Part shown: piece by piece, positions 1-11,520 of the stretch
How positions within the stretch are numbered: the first letter of the stretch is position 1
How the letters are laid out: each line of letters opens with the position of its first letter
Assembly: GCA_963921275.4 (NCBI GenBank)
Contig: OZ001293.3
Coordinates: 1,664,001-1,728,000, forward strand
DNA: 64,000 bases
Source: an uncultured Hormoscilla sp.
Lineage (GTDB): Bacteria > Cyanobacteriota > Cyanobacteriia > Cyanobacteriales > Desertifilaceae
Reading direction: 5' to 3'
Notes under the pieces: model-generated
What the model was told of the DNA's origin: nothing
The model's input: only the letters and a program-made list of their open reading frames with translations
Databases searched by the model: none
Position numbers and translations under genes: made by a program

Positions 1-62
1 CACTCTGGGGTAAAATTGCAACAATTTTTGGTCAGGATTGACGAGAATTTAAGATTATTAAA

Positions 63-2711
63 CTAAGCTAGGGGGTCGCCCCCCCGACTCGTCTTCAGAA
101 CCGGACGTGAGACTTTCACCTCATCCGGCTCCTCAGTGACGCCACCCTTGTCACGGGTACGGCTGTGACTGCCGTCGCTGGCAGTTTTTATGTAGTGACA
201 GTGCTTGTGTAATAACTGTAGGTTGTCATACCGGTCTTTACCTCCTAATGAAAGGGGCTTGATGTGGTCAACTTCCCACTTGTCACTGTCCAAGAACGTT
301 AGTTCGCAGTGTTGGCATTTTCCCTTTTGCCTCTTTAGTAGCGTTGCTACTCTCTTACTTAGCTCGGGGTTTTTGCCTAGTCTCGTACTCCAATATGTAA
401 GGTTCCCGTCATATGGGCTTGCTGTTCCTTTCACTTTTATGTGTCTGACTATCTCAGTTTCAGAGTGTTTGTACAGCGTTATCTCTCCCTCTCCTGCCTT
501 GTACCGGAATCGCCATTTACCACCCTGGTCTACAGACCAGTACTTATAGGCTATCCAGTGACTTGACTTATTGGGATGTCTCTTTTTGGCCCATTGCCAT
601 AGGATGTTCCATAGGTAGGTATCCATGTCTGTGTAAGTTTCCTTACTCACCACGGTCCTGTAGTAGTTGGACCATCCCCGTATTATCGGGCCTAGCCTGC
701 TTATCAGGGTCGCTTGTGGTGCTGCTTTATGGCTGGCTACCACCTCTGCTAGCCGTTCTTTATGCTTCCCTATGGACTTTTTACTGGGTTTGATTAGGGT
801 TTTGAATCCTAGGGGTGTTCCGTTAGTTGATTTACCGGTTCTGTATTCACCCACCTCATATTGCCTTATGTTGAACCCCAGGAAATCAAATCCCGGTTTT
901 TCTCCCTTTAGCGTATGAGTTATTTTTGTCTTTTCGGCTTTCAACTCTAGCCCCATTCCTTTTAGCCACTCTGCCACCACCATCTGCGCTTTGTCTATCA
1001 TCTCCTTGCTCTCATGCATTACAACAAAGTCATCGGCATATCTGACTATCGTCAGTATCTACTTTTCCTTTTGTGTCCTGACGAGTTTCTTCACTGCCTC
1101 CTCTAACCCGTGGAGGGCTATGTTGGCTAGTAATGGTGATATGACTCCCCCTTGGGGAGTACCCGCCTCGGTTGCATGCCAGTTCCCTTTGTCCATTACC
1201 CCGGCTTTTAGCCATGCCCGTATTTGCTTACGGATTGGTGATATGGTATTCAGTTTTTCCAGTAACGCTCTGTGGTCTATCTTGTCGAAGCATTTCGCGA
1301 TGTCAGCATCCAATACCCACTTGGGTTTATATCTGATGCTTAAGAATATCGCTTCGATTGCATCGTGGCATCCCCTTCCCGGTCTGAACCCGTAGGAGTT
1401 CCCTTCCATATACGCTTCCCACTCGGGTTCGAGCGCAATCTTAAGGAGTCCGTGCGATTCGTTCTAGCCTAACGTGGTCAAACACGGAACGCTAGCCCGG
1501 TTTCATTAGCCGGGAACTCTGACCGCATGGGGGTTAAATTCCCCTCCCCCCAGGTACGGGGGTGACACCGGTCCTCGGTGCTACGAAGCGACATCATCGT
1601 GGTGCTAAGCGAGGACTCAAATGTAGGATAACTGGCAGCCTAAGCCGGTGACGCCGCTAGGAAAGATATCCAAGGTTAGAGCAGGCAAACATGTGCAAGC
1701 CTCGTTATAAGGAACCAGCGAAATAAGGCTATATGCGCTGGCCTAAAAAGGAAATGGTAGCTAGTATTAGTTTTAGACTCTGGCTAATATAGTACTCAAA
1801 TAGCTCCCGGGGTATAGTGTGGACCTAAAGGTATCGCGAAATGTTGTTAGGGAACGAAGTAACCTCTCGTGTGCTGTCCATCAGGACAAGTTAGATGTTA
1901 AGCGCAAGCCACGGGGGGAGGGATGGCCCAAGAAGCGAATGCCCGGGGTAATTCCTGGGATAACATCTACAGTAATGTAGATGATGCTGGGTAGCCAGCG
2001 CTGACGTGGGTCGGTGATACTAGGAAGCTGCTGGAATGAGTAATCCTAAAAAGCCACGGAACTAATCCGAAACGCAAGTGGAGGATAAGGTATGGATAAC
2101 TGGTAAAACTGACTTGAAAATGGTGATACTAACGGTTATCAGAACAACCACTCGCTAAACCAGGAAAGGGAAGAAAAGACAGGCGGCAAGGGCTAACGGA
2201 AGTAATTCCTATTAAGTCTACCTATGAAAAGGGCCTAGTACCCAGTAGCCGGATGCGGTGAAAATCGCAAGTCCGGTTCCGAAAGGGAGGGTCGGGAAGC
2301 GATTCCCGGCTCGACCCCATCCCTGTGTCGCGCGGTCATACATCGTTGGTATTCCTAAAGGACGCTTTTCCTCTCTCCCTGGCTTCGGTATCCATACACG
2401 CCGTGTAGGTTTGGCCTTGTTTGAGATTTCAATCTGTCCTACCAGTTCTAGGCGTTGCTTCGGGGTCAGTGCTTTCACACCGTCCACTCCAGCCGTCTTT
2501 TTTCCCTGGTTATCTTGTGTTACCTGTCGTACCGCTAGACTTTTGGCAGCCCGGGATTTTACCAGTAACCTTTGGAGTCTGCGAACTGGTCGCTTATTAC
2601 GCCTTCCATTGCCGCTCTGTAAATTCGCTTTTGCAACTTAAAGACTACCCGCTCTAGCTTTCGCCAGGGGGTATCCTTCCATTCATTCATCGATTTTGAC
2701 ATCGTGCTCAT
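63..2711 (-). pseudogene. ltrA: Group II intron reverse transcriptase/maturase with C-terminal HNH, disrupted
   Basis: Motifs RPLGIPT, GTPQGG, YADD and HNH (VDHIKPLSLGG). Broken by a 2-nt insertion near 2599, the nested intron at 1452-2320 and an in-frame TAG at 1059-1061 (by comparison with the copy at 6435-8207). Confidence 0.9.
1452..2320 (+). ncRNA. ORF-less group II intron inserted antisense in the RT ORF
   Basis: Starts GTGCGA. DV AGCCGGATGCGGTGAAAATCGCAAGTCCGGTT and a DVI hairpin ending ...ACCCCAT. DI segment resembles that of the host introns. Removing 1452-2322 restores RT residues Q-G-L-L-K. Confidence 0.88.
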
Positions 2712-4337
2712 GACGTATGCATTGCTACTTACAACTTCACAATTGACGTTACCGTGAGGGCGTCAGCATATCCTATCCATTACAGATAGGCGTTAGCTTC
2801 TCCACGAAATCTCTCCCAGATACAACCTGCCTAATGAAAGCAGATGTTGCGCCTGTGGTGGCTACTCAACCTATCGACCGGCGGTTGAGAGTATGTACCT
2901 GGTTTACTTCGTTCCTCTAGATGATTGGTCGTAGTTTTAGGTGGGCTCTCTATGCCGGGTTTTATTGTCAGTGCTTATTGGTCGGAGTCAAAACCGCCAA
3001 TGACCGATATCCTTTCCCTTTTGGACCAGCGTTTCAGCCTTTTCGCTGGTTCCAAGTGACGACACTTATGAGCCTTCACTTTCGTTCATCATGACTACTT
3101 GCTTGACGATGACCGGCTTAGGCTGCTAGTCAGGGCGCCTTTCCTACCCGCTTCACAGATTGATGCCATCGCTACTGTGGGGTAAGTGCTGTCACGAGAG
3201 CACCTGGAGGGGTGGGCTTTCACCACCATCATCTAAAAGTTGTCAGGGCTAATGGAACCCTGCTAATGGTCCCCCACCGGTGTCCCTCTGTTGGTTCACC
3301 GGTAGTTTACACTAAACGAATCGCACTCGACTATCTGTGGCCATAAGGTGGGCATGGCCCACCCGACAACAGTTATTTCAGCTGAAAGCTAGTACCCCGG
3401 TAGCATCCTTGAAAAGAAGTCAGTTTGGTACTAGTGTACTGCTCCAGTCTCTGCACTAGCAAAGGCTTGTATTCCAAGGTATTGAGCCATTTATAGGAGA
3501 AATGACCTGGACGATACCTAATCCTTTTATGAATATACTTGTCAACGGGAACTCCGTCAACCCCTGAGATGCTTTGCTGGTGGTATCCATTGAGCATGAT
3601 GTACTCGACTTCCACTCCTGGGGACAGGGTGACATTCCAATGTACCGGTTCATAGGAGGACAGAGCCAGAATAATAGGTTTCTCTTGACGCTGCACCTTC
3701 ACCTCCACCAGTCCCGTGGGATGATATCCAGCACTATGGTCCGATCGCGCCTCATATACACTAATTACATGTAGCTCTTTAGAACCCATAGTTCGGGCAA
3801 AATAGGCCGAAAAATCTCCTGAACCACCGTCACCGCAGGCGACTATGGGAGTTTCTGTTGCAGCTTGCTGCTGTTGCAGGATCGGCTTTAACCAATACCA
3901 ACCACCGACACCCACAGCAGCGATCAAAGCCGCACCCACCCCGATCGGGATAATATTTTTCAGGTTGCGGAAACCCTCAGAGTTTGTGAAGCGCTCCAGG
4001 TTATTCTTGAGCGCGTCACCTGTTTCTTGGAATAAATTATTGTTGCCATCCAGAGAGGCTAACAAGGCCAAACTTTCCGGCGCTTCCAGTAGACTTTGCA
4101 CATCCGGACCCAGACCTACATAAAGATTTCTGCTGTGCCGGTCTAAAAGGAGCCAGTATTGGTCTGCTGCGCCCAGGTTATAGTCTTGCACTGAGGGACT
4201 GACTTGGGGGTGTTGCAGGAAAACCTGCCAGGCCACACCGTTACCGGTGCCGATATTTTCCCCATCATTGTACATGACTTGGTTGAGTTGGGGTTCCCAG
4301 TGCCAAGCTACCCAACGACTATTAGCTTGATAGCCTA

Positions 4338-5349
4338 ACTCAAGTTGCGACCTATAAAAATTGGATACAAAAAGCTATGATAAAGAGAATTATTTTCAAC
4401 TCTAATCCCTTAGATGTAACAGCATGAATTGACTTGGGAAACAAATTGGTGATTCGACTAAAACAGGTTTCAACTTGTTTTCTTGTTACTTTTTGTATAT
4501 ATTCAAAACAAGAATATTCTTTTCTTTTTGAGTTCTTTTTTCGCAAAGGTTTTAACATTAAACTTGACGACTCTTTTAGTAAATCCTCTAATTGATAATC
4601 ATTATAAGCTTTATCTCCATAAACTATTGAATTTGATGGTAAGTCAAAGCCAAAAGATTGCAAAACTTTAACATCATTATAACTACCAGGATCTAGATAA
4701 AATTCTATTGGCTTTCCATTTTTGTTTACCAACATATGAACTCTTAATCCATAAAAATAACGTTTTTTACTGGCAATATACCCTCGATATTCTTCCTTGT
4801 TATAAATTTGGCATCTATCAATCCTAATATTATCACATACTGGCACCGGGAAACTATCAAGAATATATTCTTGACCCGGATTGAGCTCTTTAAATGTTTG
4901 AGCTATAACTTGAAAGAAAAACATCCAAATTGGTTCGTCAATATTGTGTAATCGACGATTGAACCTACTTTTACTTAACAGATTTTTTATATACTTGTGT
5001 TGGACCATAAATTGACAAGAGCGATCGTGGTGTCCTCCGAAAAAATATGCAGCAACTAATCCGACTGTCATCACTTCAGCATTGTTCATTTTTACTTGTG
5101 GATCTTCTTTTATATTTAACGCTTTTAGTAGCTCGTCACAAAGAACAAAAATTGTTGTAATCATATCTTCCATCATCTACATCCCCCAGCAATTAACTAT
5201 TATTTTAGTACATTATAACCTATAAACAGCCAACCCGCCGTCTAGCACAAAAAAAATATAATTTTGTATCAAAAGCTACGAAATATCCCAAATATCTGTA
5301 AAGTCTAAGTGGGTAATTCATATTTTTTTTAATAGGTCGCAACTTAGGT
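4338..5349 (-). mobile_element. IS982-family element, intact
   Basis: TIRs ACTCAAGTTGCGACCTAT / ATAGGTCGCAACTTAGGT; 7-bp TSD TAGCCTA. Confidence 0.93.
4352..5176 (-). CDS. IS982-family transposase
   Basis: 274 aa with IDSFPVPVC-like, YGLRVH, GDKAY and RKQVETCFS motifs. Confidence 0.92.
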   Translation of the reverse strand: MMEDMITTIFVLCDELLKALNIKEDPQVKMNNAEVMTVGLVAAYFFGGHHDRSCQFMVQHKYIKNLLSKSRFNRRLHNIDEPIWMFFFQVIAQTFKELNPGQEYILDSFPVPVCDNIRIDRCQIYNKEEYRGYIASKKRYFYGLRVHMLVNKNGKPIEFYLDPGSYNDVKVLQSFGFDLPSNSIVYGDKAYNDYQLEDLLKESSSLMLKPLRKKNSKRKEYSCFEYIQKVTRKQVETCFSRITNLFPKSIHAVTSKGLELKIILFIIAFCIQFL

Positions 5350-5692
5350 TAGCCTAGAGTTCTTTCCAGTCGGGGATGGGCCGTAGCGTTTAAGCGTTCA
5401 ACTAAATTGGACATCTCGCTTCCAGGCTGTTTATGGTTTTGTCTATGATAGCTTCTTTTGCCCTGAGTCGGGCAGAGGCGATCGTAGGTTGGGTTCCCCA
5501 CGTTACCCAACCTGAGGTTGCTGCCGCTTGGGAGCACCATCACCCTAAAGGATTCTGTTGACGAATGGGGGCGAAGCCCCCATTGTACCCCAAGGAGAGC
5601 CAATCAGCAGGTGTTGAGTTACGATAGACAGGAAAACTCACGCGGAGACATGGGAGAGTGAGCTATACAAACCCATACCGCCCCAATTACTT

Positions 5693-6110
5693 ATGACCCT
5701 TCATCCCTCACTACAATGGATTGTGCCCCCAGAAACAGTCGCAGTGGCGAAAGCATCGTTTCCCAAAGGGAACATATACATGACAATGCACAAACAATTA
5801 GGAGAAATATAAACAGATAACGACTTTGAGTCTCTTGAGCCCAGATGTGGACAATCGGCAATGTCACAGAGCCAAGTTAGCGCTAATTACAATTATGCAG
5901 GAAGCCGTTGGTCGTTCCAGATAGACAAGCCGCTGATGCCGTGGGTTCAATGTATTGATTGGAAGTATGCTTTAGGCCTAGAATTAACTGGGGAAGGTTT
6001 TGACTATACAGTGTTGACGGAATTTCGCGAGGGTCTGATAGCGAAAAAACAAGAAAATCAACTACTAGATTTAATGCTGACAAAATTGAGAGAGCAATTT
6101 TGGCTCCGTT
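5693..6110 (+). pseudogene. IS1182-family transposase N-terminal fragment
   Basis: VPPETVAVAKASFPKGN and IDWKYALGLELTGEGFDYTVLTEFR motifs, with stops and frameshifts. Confidence 0.7.
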
Positions 6111-6290
6111 CTCGAGTTGGAGCTGCTGACCAGGGGGTAATCCCCGACCTTCGCCAACAGAATCCTAAAGGGTGGGGCTACATGAACAAAGCAATTGTCT
6201 CAGCGAGCGCAGCGTGGCAACCTTCCGGCGCGGGCTAAATTTATCGAGAAGATCGCGTATTATCTCGTATTATTTCGTTGCCAGGTTCTA

Positions 6291-6410
6291 CCTGGCAATG
6301 GACGCGGGAGGCAGAGCCTCCAGTTGCTGGCACAGGAGGCTCTGCCTCGAGTACTGGCGTTCCCAGGCAGAGCCTGGCAATGTACGCGGGAGGCAGAGCC
6401 TCCAGTTGCT
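6291..6410. repeat. REP-like direct/inverted repeat cluster
   Basis: CCTGGCAATG(G/T)ACGCGGGAGGCAGAGCCTCCAGTTGCT occurs twice, plus AGGCTCTGCCT/AGGCAGAGCCT inverted copies. Confidence 0.7.
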
Positions 6411-6428
6411 AGATCGTCGGGCCATTAA

Positions 6429-8826
6429 ATTAAACTAAGCCAGTCCGTCACCGGACCGACTCGTCTTCAAAACCGGACATGAGACTTTCGCCTCATCCTG
6501 CTCCTCGGTCACGCCACCCTTGTCATGGGTACGGCTACTGCCATCGCTGGCAGTCTTTTTGTCGTGGCAGTGTTTGTGTAGCAACTGTAGGTTGTCATAC
6601 CGGTCCTTACCTCCTAGTGAAAGGGGCATGATATGGTCAACTTCCCATTTGTCACTATCCATAAACGTTAGTCCGCACTGTTGGCATTTTCCCTTTTGCT
6701 GCTTGAGTAGCGTTGCTACCCTTTTACTCAGTTCGGGGCTTTTGCCTAATCTTGTGCTCCAATATGTGAGGTTCCCGTCGTATGGGCTTGCGGTCCCTTT
6801 CACTTTTACGTGTCTGATTATCTCAGTTTCGGAGTGTTTGCGTATCTTCATATCACCCTCTTTTGTCTTGCTTCGGAATCGCCATTTAGCATCCTGGTTT
6901 ACAGACCAGTATTTATAGGTTATCCAGTTACTTAACTTGTTAGGGTGCCTCCTTTTGGCCCATTGCCATAGGATGTTTTATAGGTAGTTGTCCATATCGC
7001 TGTAAGTTTCCTTGCTTACCACTGTCCTAAAGTAGTTTGACCATCCCCTTATTATCGGGTTTAGCCTGCTTATTAGGGCCGCTTGTGGTGCTGTTATATG
7101 GCTAGTTACCATTTCTGATAACCGTTCTTTATGCTTCCCTATGGACTTATTACTGGGTTTGATTAGGGTTTTGAATCCTAGGGGTGTTCCGTTTGTTGAT
7201 TTGCCGGTTCTGTATTTTCCCTCTTTATATTGCCTTATATTGAATCCTAGGAAGTCGAATCCCGGGTTTTCTCCATTTAGCCTGTGGGCTATCTTTGTCT
7301 TTTCGGCCTTCAACTCAAGCCCTATTCTTCTTAGCCACTCTGCCACCACTGTTTGCGCTCTGTCTATCATCTCCCTGTCTTCATGCATGATCACAAAGTC
7401 GTCTGCGTATCTGACTACCGTCAGCTTTTGCTTTTCCCTTTGTGTCTTTGCTAATTCCATTACTGCTTCCTCTAACCCCTGTAGGGCTATATTGGCTAGC
7501 AGTGGGGATATGACACCCCCTTGTGGCGTTCCTGCCTCAGTTGTGTGCCATATCTTCTTGTCAATCACCCCGGCTTTTAACCATGCCCGTACTTGTTTAC
7601 GGATTGGTGACGTAGTATTTAATTTTTCGACTAGCGCTTTGTGGTCTATCCTGTCGAAACATTTCGCAATATCTGCATCTAATACCCATTTGGGTTTCTG
7701 TTTAATGCTGCTGAATATTGCCGCAATTGCATCGTGGCATCCCCGACCCGGTCTGAATCCGTATGAGTTCCCCTCCATATATGCTTCCCATTCGGGTTCG
7801 AGCGCAATCTTGAGGAGCCCTTGATTCGCGCGGTCGTGCATCGTGGGTATTCCTAAAGGACGTTTTTCTTCTCTCCCTGGCTTAGGAATCCATACACGAC
7901 GTGTAGGCTTAGCCTTGTTTGAGATTTCAATCTGTCCTACCAGTTCTCGGCGTTGCTTTGGGGTTAGTGATTTCACACCATCCACACCGGCTGTCTTCTT
8001 TCCCTGGTTATCTTGTGTAACCCGTCGTACCGCTAGACATTTGGCAGCCCGGGAGCTTACCAGTAACCTTTGGAGCCTGCGAACTTTTTGCTTATTGCCT
8101 TCTTGTGCCGCTCTGTAAATTCGTTTTTGCAACTTAAAGACTACCCGTTCCAGCCGAGGCCAGGGGATATCCTTCCATTCATTCATCGATTTTGACATCG
8201 TGCTCATGACGTATGTATTGCTACTTACAACTTTACAATTGACGTTACCGTGAGGGCGTCAGCATATCCCATCCATTACAGAAAGGCGTTAGCTTCTCCG
8301 CGAAATCTTTCCCAGATATAACCTGCCGAATGTAAGCAGATGTTGCGCCTTTGGTGGCTGCTCAACCTATCGACCGGTGGTTGAGAGTATGTACCTGGTT
8401 TACTTCGTTCCTCTAGATGATTGGTCGTAGTTTTAGGTGGATTCCTTATGCCGGGTTTATTGTCGGTGCTTATTGGTCGGAAAAGGAACCGCCAATGACC
8501 ATTATCCTTTCCCTTTTGGGCCAGCGTGTTTAGCCTTATTACGCTGGTTTGTCGTAACGACACTGTAAATCTTTGCTTTCGCTCACCGTGACTACTTGCA
8601 CGCTGCGCGAAAAATCGGCGATGACCGGTTTAGGCTACCAGCCAGGGCGCCTTTCGTACCCGCTTCACGGATTGATGCCATCGCTACCGTGGGGTAAGTG
8701 CTGTCACTCCTGCACCTGGAGGGGTGGGCTTTCACCACCATCATCTAAAAGTTATCAAGGCTAATGGAGCCTTGCCAGTGGTCCCCCTTCGGTTATCACC
8801 GGTGGTTTACACTGAACGAGTCGCAC
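6429..8826 (-). mobile_element. Group II intron, paralog of 57-3326
   Basis: GTGCGA 5' end at 8826; DV/DVI ending GCTTAGTTTAAT at 6429; colinear with the first intron. Confidence 0.9.
6435..8207 (-). pseudogene. ltrA: Group II intron RT/maturase/HNH with a single premature stop
   Basis: ORFs 6978-8207 and 6435-6851 are in the same frame. TAA at 6978-6980 replaces the TGG seen in copy 1. YADD is intact. Confidence 0.9.
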
Positions 8827-8926
8827 TAAAACGCCGACATTTTAACAACTCAAAGAGCGACTATAATCGATCTGATATCCTCTGGCCCCTCTCTAGGCGC
8901 GAAGCGCCTGGGAAGCACGCTTCGTG

Positions 8927-8978
8927 CTTACTACGAACCTAATTCTGTTGTCCTTACTACGAACCTAATTCTGTTGTC
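8927..8978. repeat. 26-nt tandem duplication
   Basis: CTTACTACGAACCTAATTCTGTTGTC x2. Confidence 0.8.
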
Positions 8979-9003
8979 ACGTCTATGAATACTTCAACTT
9001 CAC

Positions 9004-10374
9004 GGCTCTTCTCAATCTAGTATGCTAAAATAGGTCTTAAATGGGGGTTAATGCGTCCGGTCAACGGGAGCTTCTGAAAACCGGAAAACATTGCCGGACT
9101 TGACATGTAGAGTTGTGGTATGATCTAGCTTTATAGAAAAACAGGGAGAATTTATAAGATGCCGCGTTCAAATCTAAAAATACTAACAACATTTTTAAGG
9201 CTTCCAGGGGTGAAAGTTGTCTGGTATACCGAGGTGAATTTAACAGAAGTGATAATGACGATAGAGGCAGAAAAACAAGAAGCAATTTGCCCTAGATGTA
9301 ACCAGAAAAGTTGGCATCAAAATCATAATTACTTAATTAATGATTTACCCTGGGGAGAAAAGAAGGTTTTTATCCAAATCAACCGCCAGTGCGATCATTG
9401 TTCAAAACCCTTTAGCGAAGAATTGTCATATGTAGAAGCTCGGCTATACAAAGAGATTGTCTGAACAAGTGGTTCGAGAAGTATTAAATGGTGATATTCG
9501 TTTGGGTAGCAACCCGGTATAGATTAAAAGAATCCGATGTTCAACAAATGCTGTCGGGAAAGTTAAAAATTGAACCACTGAACTAAAAAAGTTAGGTATC
9601 ATTGCCTTGGTAAAAGGTAAAGGAAATTATGCAGCAGTTTTAGCCGTGTCTCCTGGGAGCGCTATTCGCACTACCCAGGAGACGTGGACATTGATAATAG
9701 CAAACTTTTGGAAATCGTCCCGTCTCGACGACAAGAAGATTTGCGAGAAGTCTTGCTATCATGATGATGTCTTAAATGGTATAGAAGAAGTAAGTATCGA
9801 CCTGTGGAAACCGTATAAAAGTTTAGTGACAGAGTTGATGCCGAATGCTGAAGTTGTCGCCGAGCGTTTTCACGTAACAGGTAAATGAAGAACTAGATGC
9901 TGAAAGAAAAAAGATCAAAAATGCCACTAATAAAATTAAAAATAAGCGTCAAGGCGATCTGATCAGGGTTGAACAAAAGTAAAGTTGCTAAAAAATGAGA
10001 AAGATTTGAACAATGAACAAAAAAATTGAGAGAAATTCAAGAAAAAATCCTTAGGGGAAATGCACCGCATCAAGGAACAGCTACGGAATATTTACGAGAG
10101 ATCTGAAAAAGAGGCAAATCCTATCTTACTTTTAATTGATTGGCTCGGCCAAAGAGTATTTTTGTGTGTGAAGACAATTATTCGATGGTTTGGAGAAGTG
10201 GTTGGTTATTTTGAATCGGGGACAACTCAAGGAACTGTAGAAGGAATAAATAACCGTCTCAAGTTAATTAAGCGTCAGGGATATGGGTTTAAAAATTTGG
10301 ATAATTTTCGCTTGCGTAGTCTACTTCGCTGGTGCTTTTAGCATCAATGCCCGCATACTAAATTGAGAAGAGCC
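9004..10374 (+). mobile_element. ISL3-family element, degraded transposase
   Basis: TIRs GGCTCTTCTCAATCTAGTATGC / GCATACTAAATTGAGAAGAGCC. Fragments CPRC, VSIDLWKPY and EGINNRLKLIKRQGYGF, with many frameshifts. Confidence 0.88.
9644..9687. repeat. Core-conserved hairpin element (GGGAGCGCTATTCGCACTACCC core)
   Basis: Inverted arms around the shared core; inserted in the ISL3 transposase. Confidence 0.75.
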
Positions 10375-10478
10375 ATTATATTGAACGCAATCGCATTCCC
10401 GAAGAGTTGGTGCATCAGGCGGTTAAAGCGGCGCTTAAATAGCTACGATCGCTCGTTCACTCGTTCCCTGGGGTCGCC

Positions 10479-11129
10479 CATTGGTGACAACTTAAGGTTA
10501 AAATATAGCTATCAAGCCAGCTCTAGAGGAGGTGTCTGATCGTGAGTCGCCCTCGCAAAAACAACCCAGATCATGCTCGCCTCCGATGTGCTCTGCGCAG
10601 AGCACATCGTCACAACATGCCCGCTCCCAGTAGCAAAGCTATTGAAGCTCACCTGAGTAATCTGTTGACCCCTTTGGTGAACAATCAATTGGGCTCGGGA
10701 TCGCCAATTGGGGTTACGTGCGAGGATTTTGGGACTGCCACTGATGGTGGCGGCGGTATTAACCCTGCTGTGGCGCCAGTTACCAACTGGCTTATCTCTG
10801 GACGGAGTCGCTCAATGGCGTCAAGCTGCCTCTCTGGGCAACCTGGCGGTTCGGCAGCTGTGTTGCTAGACCTGGCGGATGAAGTCGCTGATTGTCTAGA
10901 ATTACCCACAGAGCGTATTTCCTTATAAATGATATTTCAAGGGTTTTATCATTTCACAGTCGCCAAGACCAGGGGCAATAATCAGTCTCTGGTAGAGTAT
11001 TTCTGCGACCCCAAAAATAATGCTCTGGGCATTGTCAAAGTTTTGCCCAAAACCAAGGGAAAGCAAGGGTTATACCTCTCTCCTTTCCCCGACTTGACTT
11101 TGGCGGAATCTTCTTAAGTTGTCATCCCG
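10479..11129 (+). mobile_element. Internally deleted IS4-family-like element
   Basis: Inverted ends GGTGACAACTTAAG / CTTAAGTTGTCATCC; N- and C-terminal transposase-like remnants. Confidence 0.6.
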
Positions 11130-11520
11130 CTCAAAGGCAATAGCCCAGAGGAATTCGGACAGCAGTTGCGACTAGCTGCGGTAATATACTGGTAAGCAAT
11201 TCAAAATTATTTCTTCAAAATTCAAAATATGGCTGCACGCTATCGCTACGCTGCGCGAAGGGGAAAGTCTTTGAGAACAAGGAGCGAGCGCGGATCGGCC
11301 TATGCAATTTAAATGCGCGACTGCGGAGTAACGGGACAACGACGATCTGAAACGGGAGTTAGAACGTGCATGAACGTCCAGCAATTAACCACCTTTAATT
11401 ATTGATGCAGGCTTGCTAAACTATTACGAAAGGTTGTGAACAAGGAAGATAACTTGCTACAATATTTCAAACACTGGTAACTGGTAACCGATCGCTGATA
11501 ACTGACAATAGGCGCTCGCC

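Larger units (their letters stand above)
57..3326 (-). mobile_element. Group II intron (IIB/CL-type) with inactivated RT/maturase/HNH ORF; host of a nested intron
   Basis: Minus-strand 5' end GTGCGA at 3326. DV/DVI (GAGCCGGATGAGGTGAAAGTCTCACGTCCGGTTC...GCTTAGTTTAAT) ends at 57. Putative EBS1 UUGACU pairs with the 5' exon end AGTCGA. Confidence 0.9.
3373..5414 (-). pseudogene. Membrane-anchored hypothetical protein split by IS982
   Basis: MSNLVERL...RTLG (5414-5350) joins in frame to YQANSRWVAW...MYNDG when the IS and one TAGCCTA copy are removed. One hydrophobic segment. Confidence 0.8.

Noticed and set aside
205..8118. Plus-strand ORFs overlapping the RTs (e.g. 991-1395, 2258-2641, 7141-7824)
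   Set aside because: Antisense shadows of the RT coding sequence, with no recognisable motifs.
63..8207. Retron, DGR or defence-type RT
   Set aside because: Both RTs have maturase and HNH domains and sit within group II intron ends. The similarity between copies is paralogy, not a TR/VR pair with adenine-specific changes.
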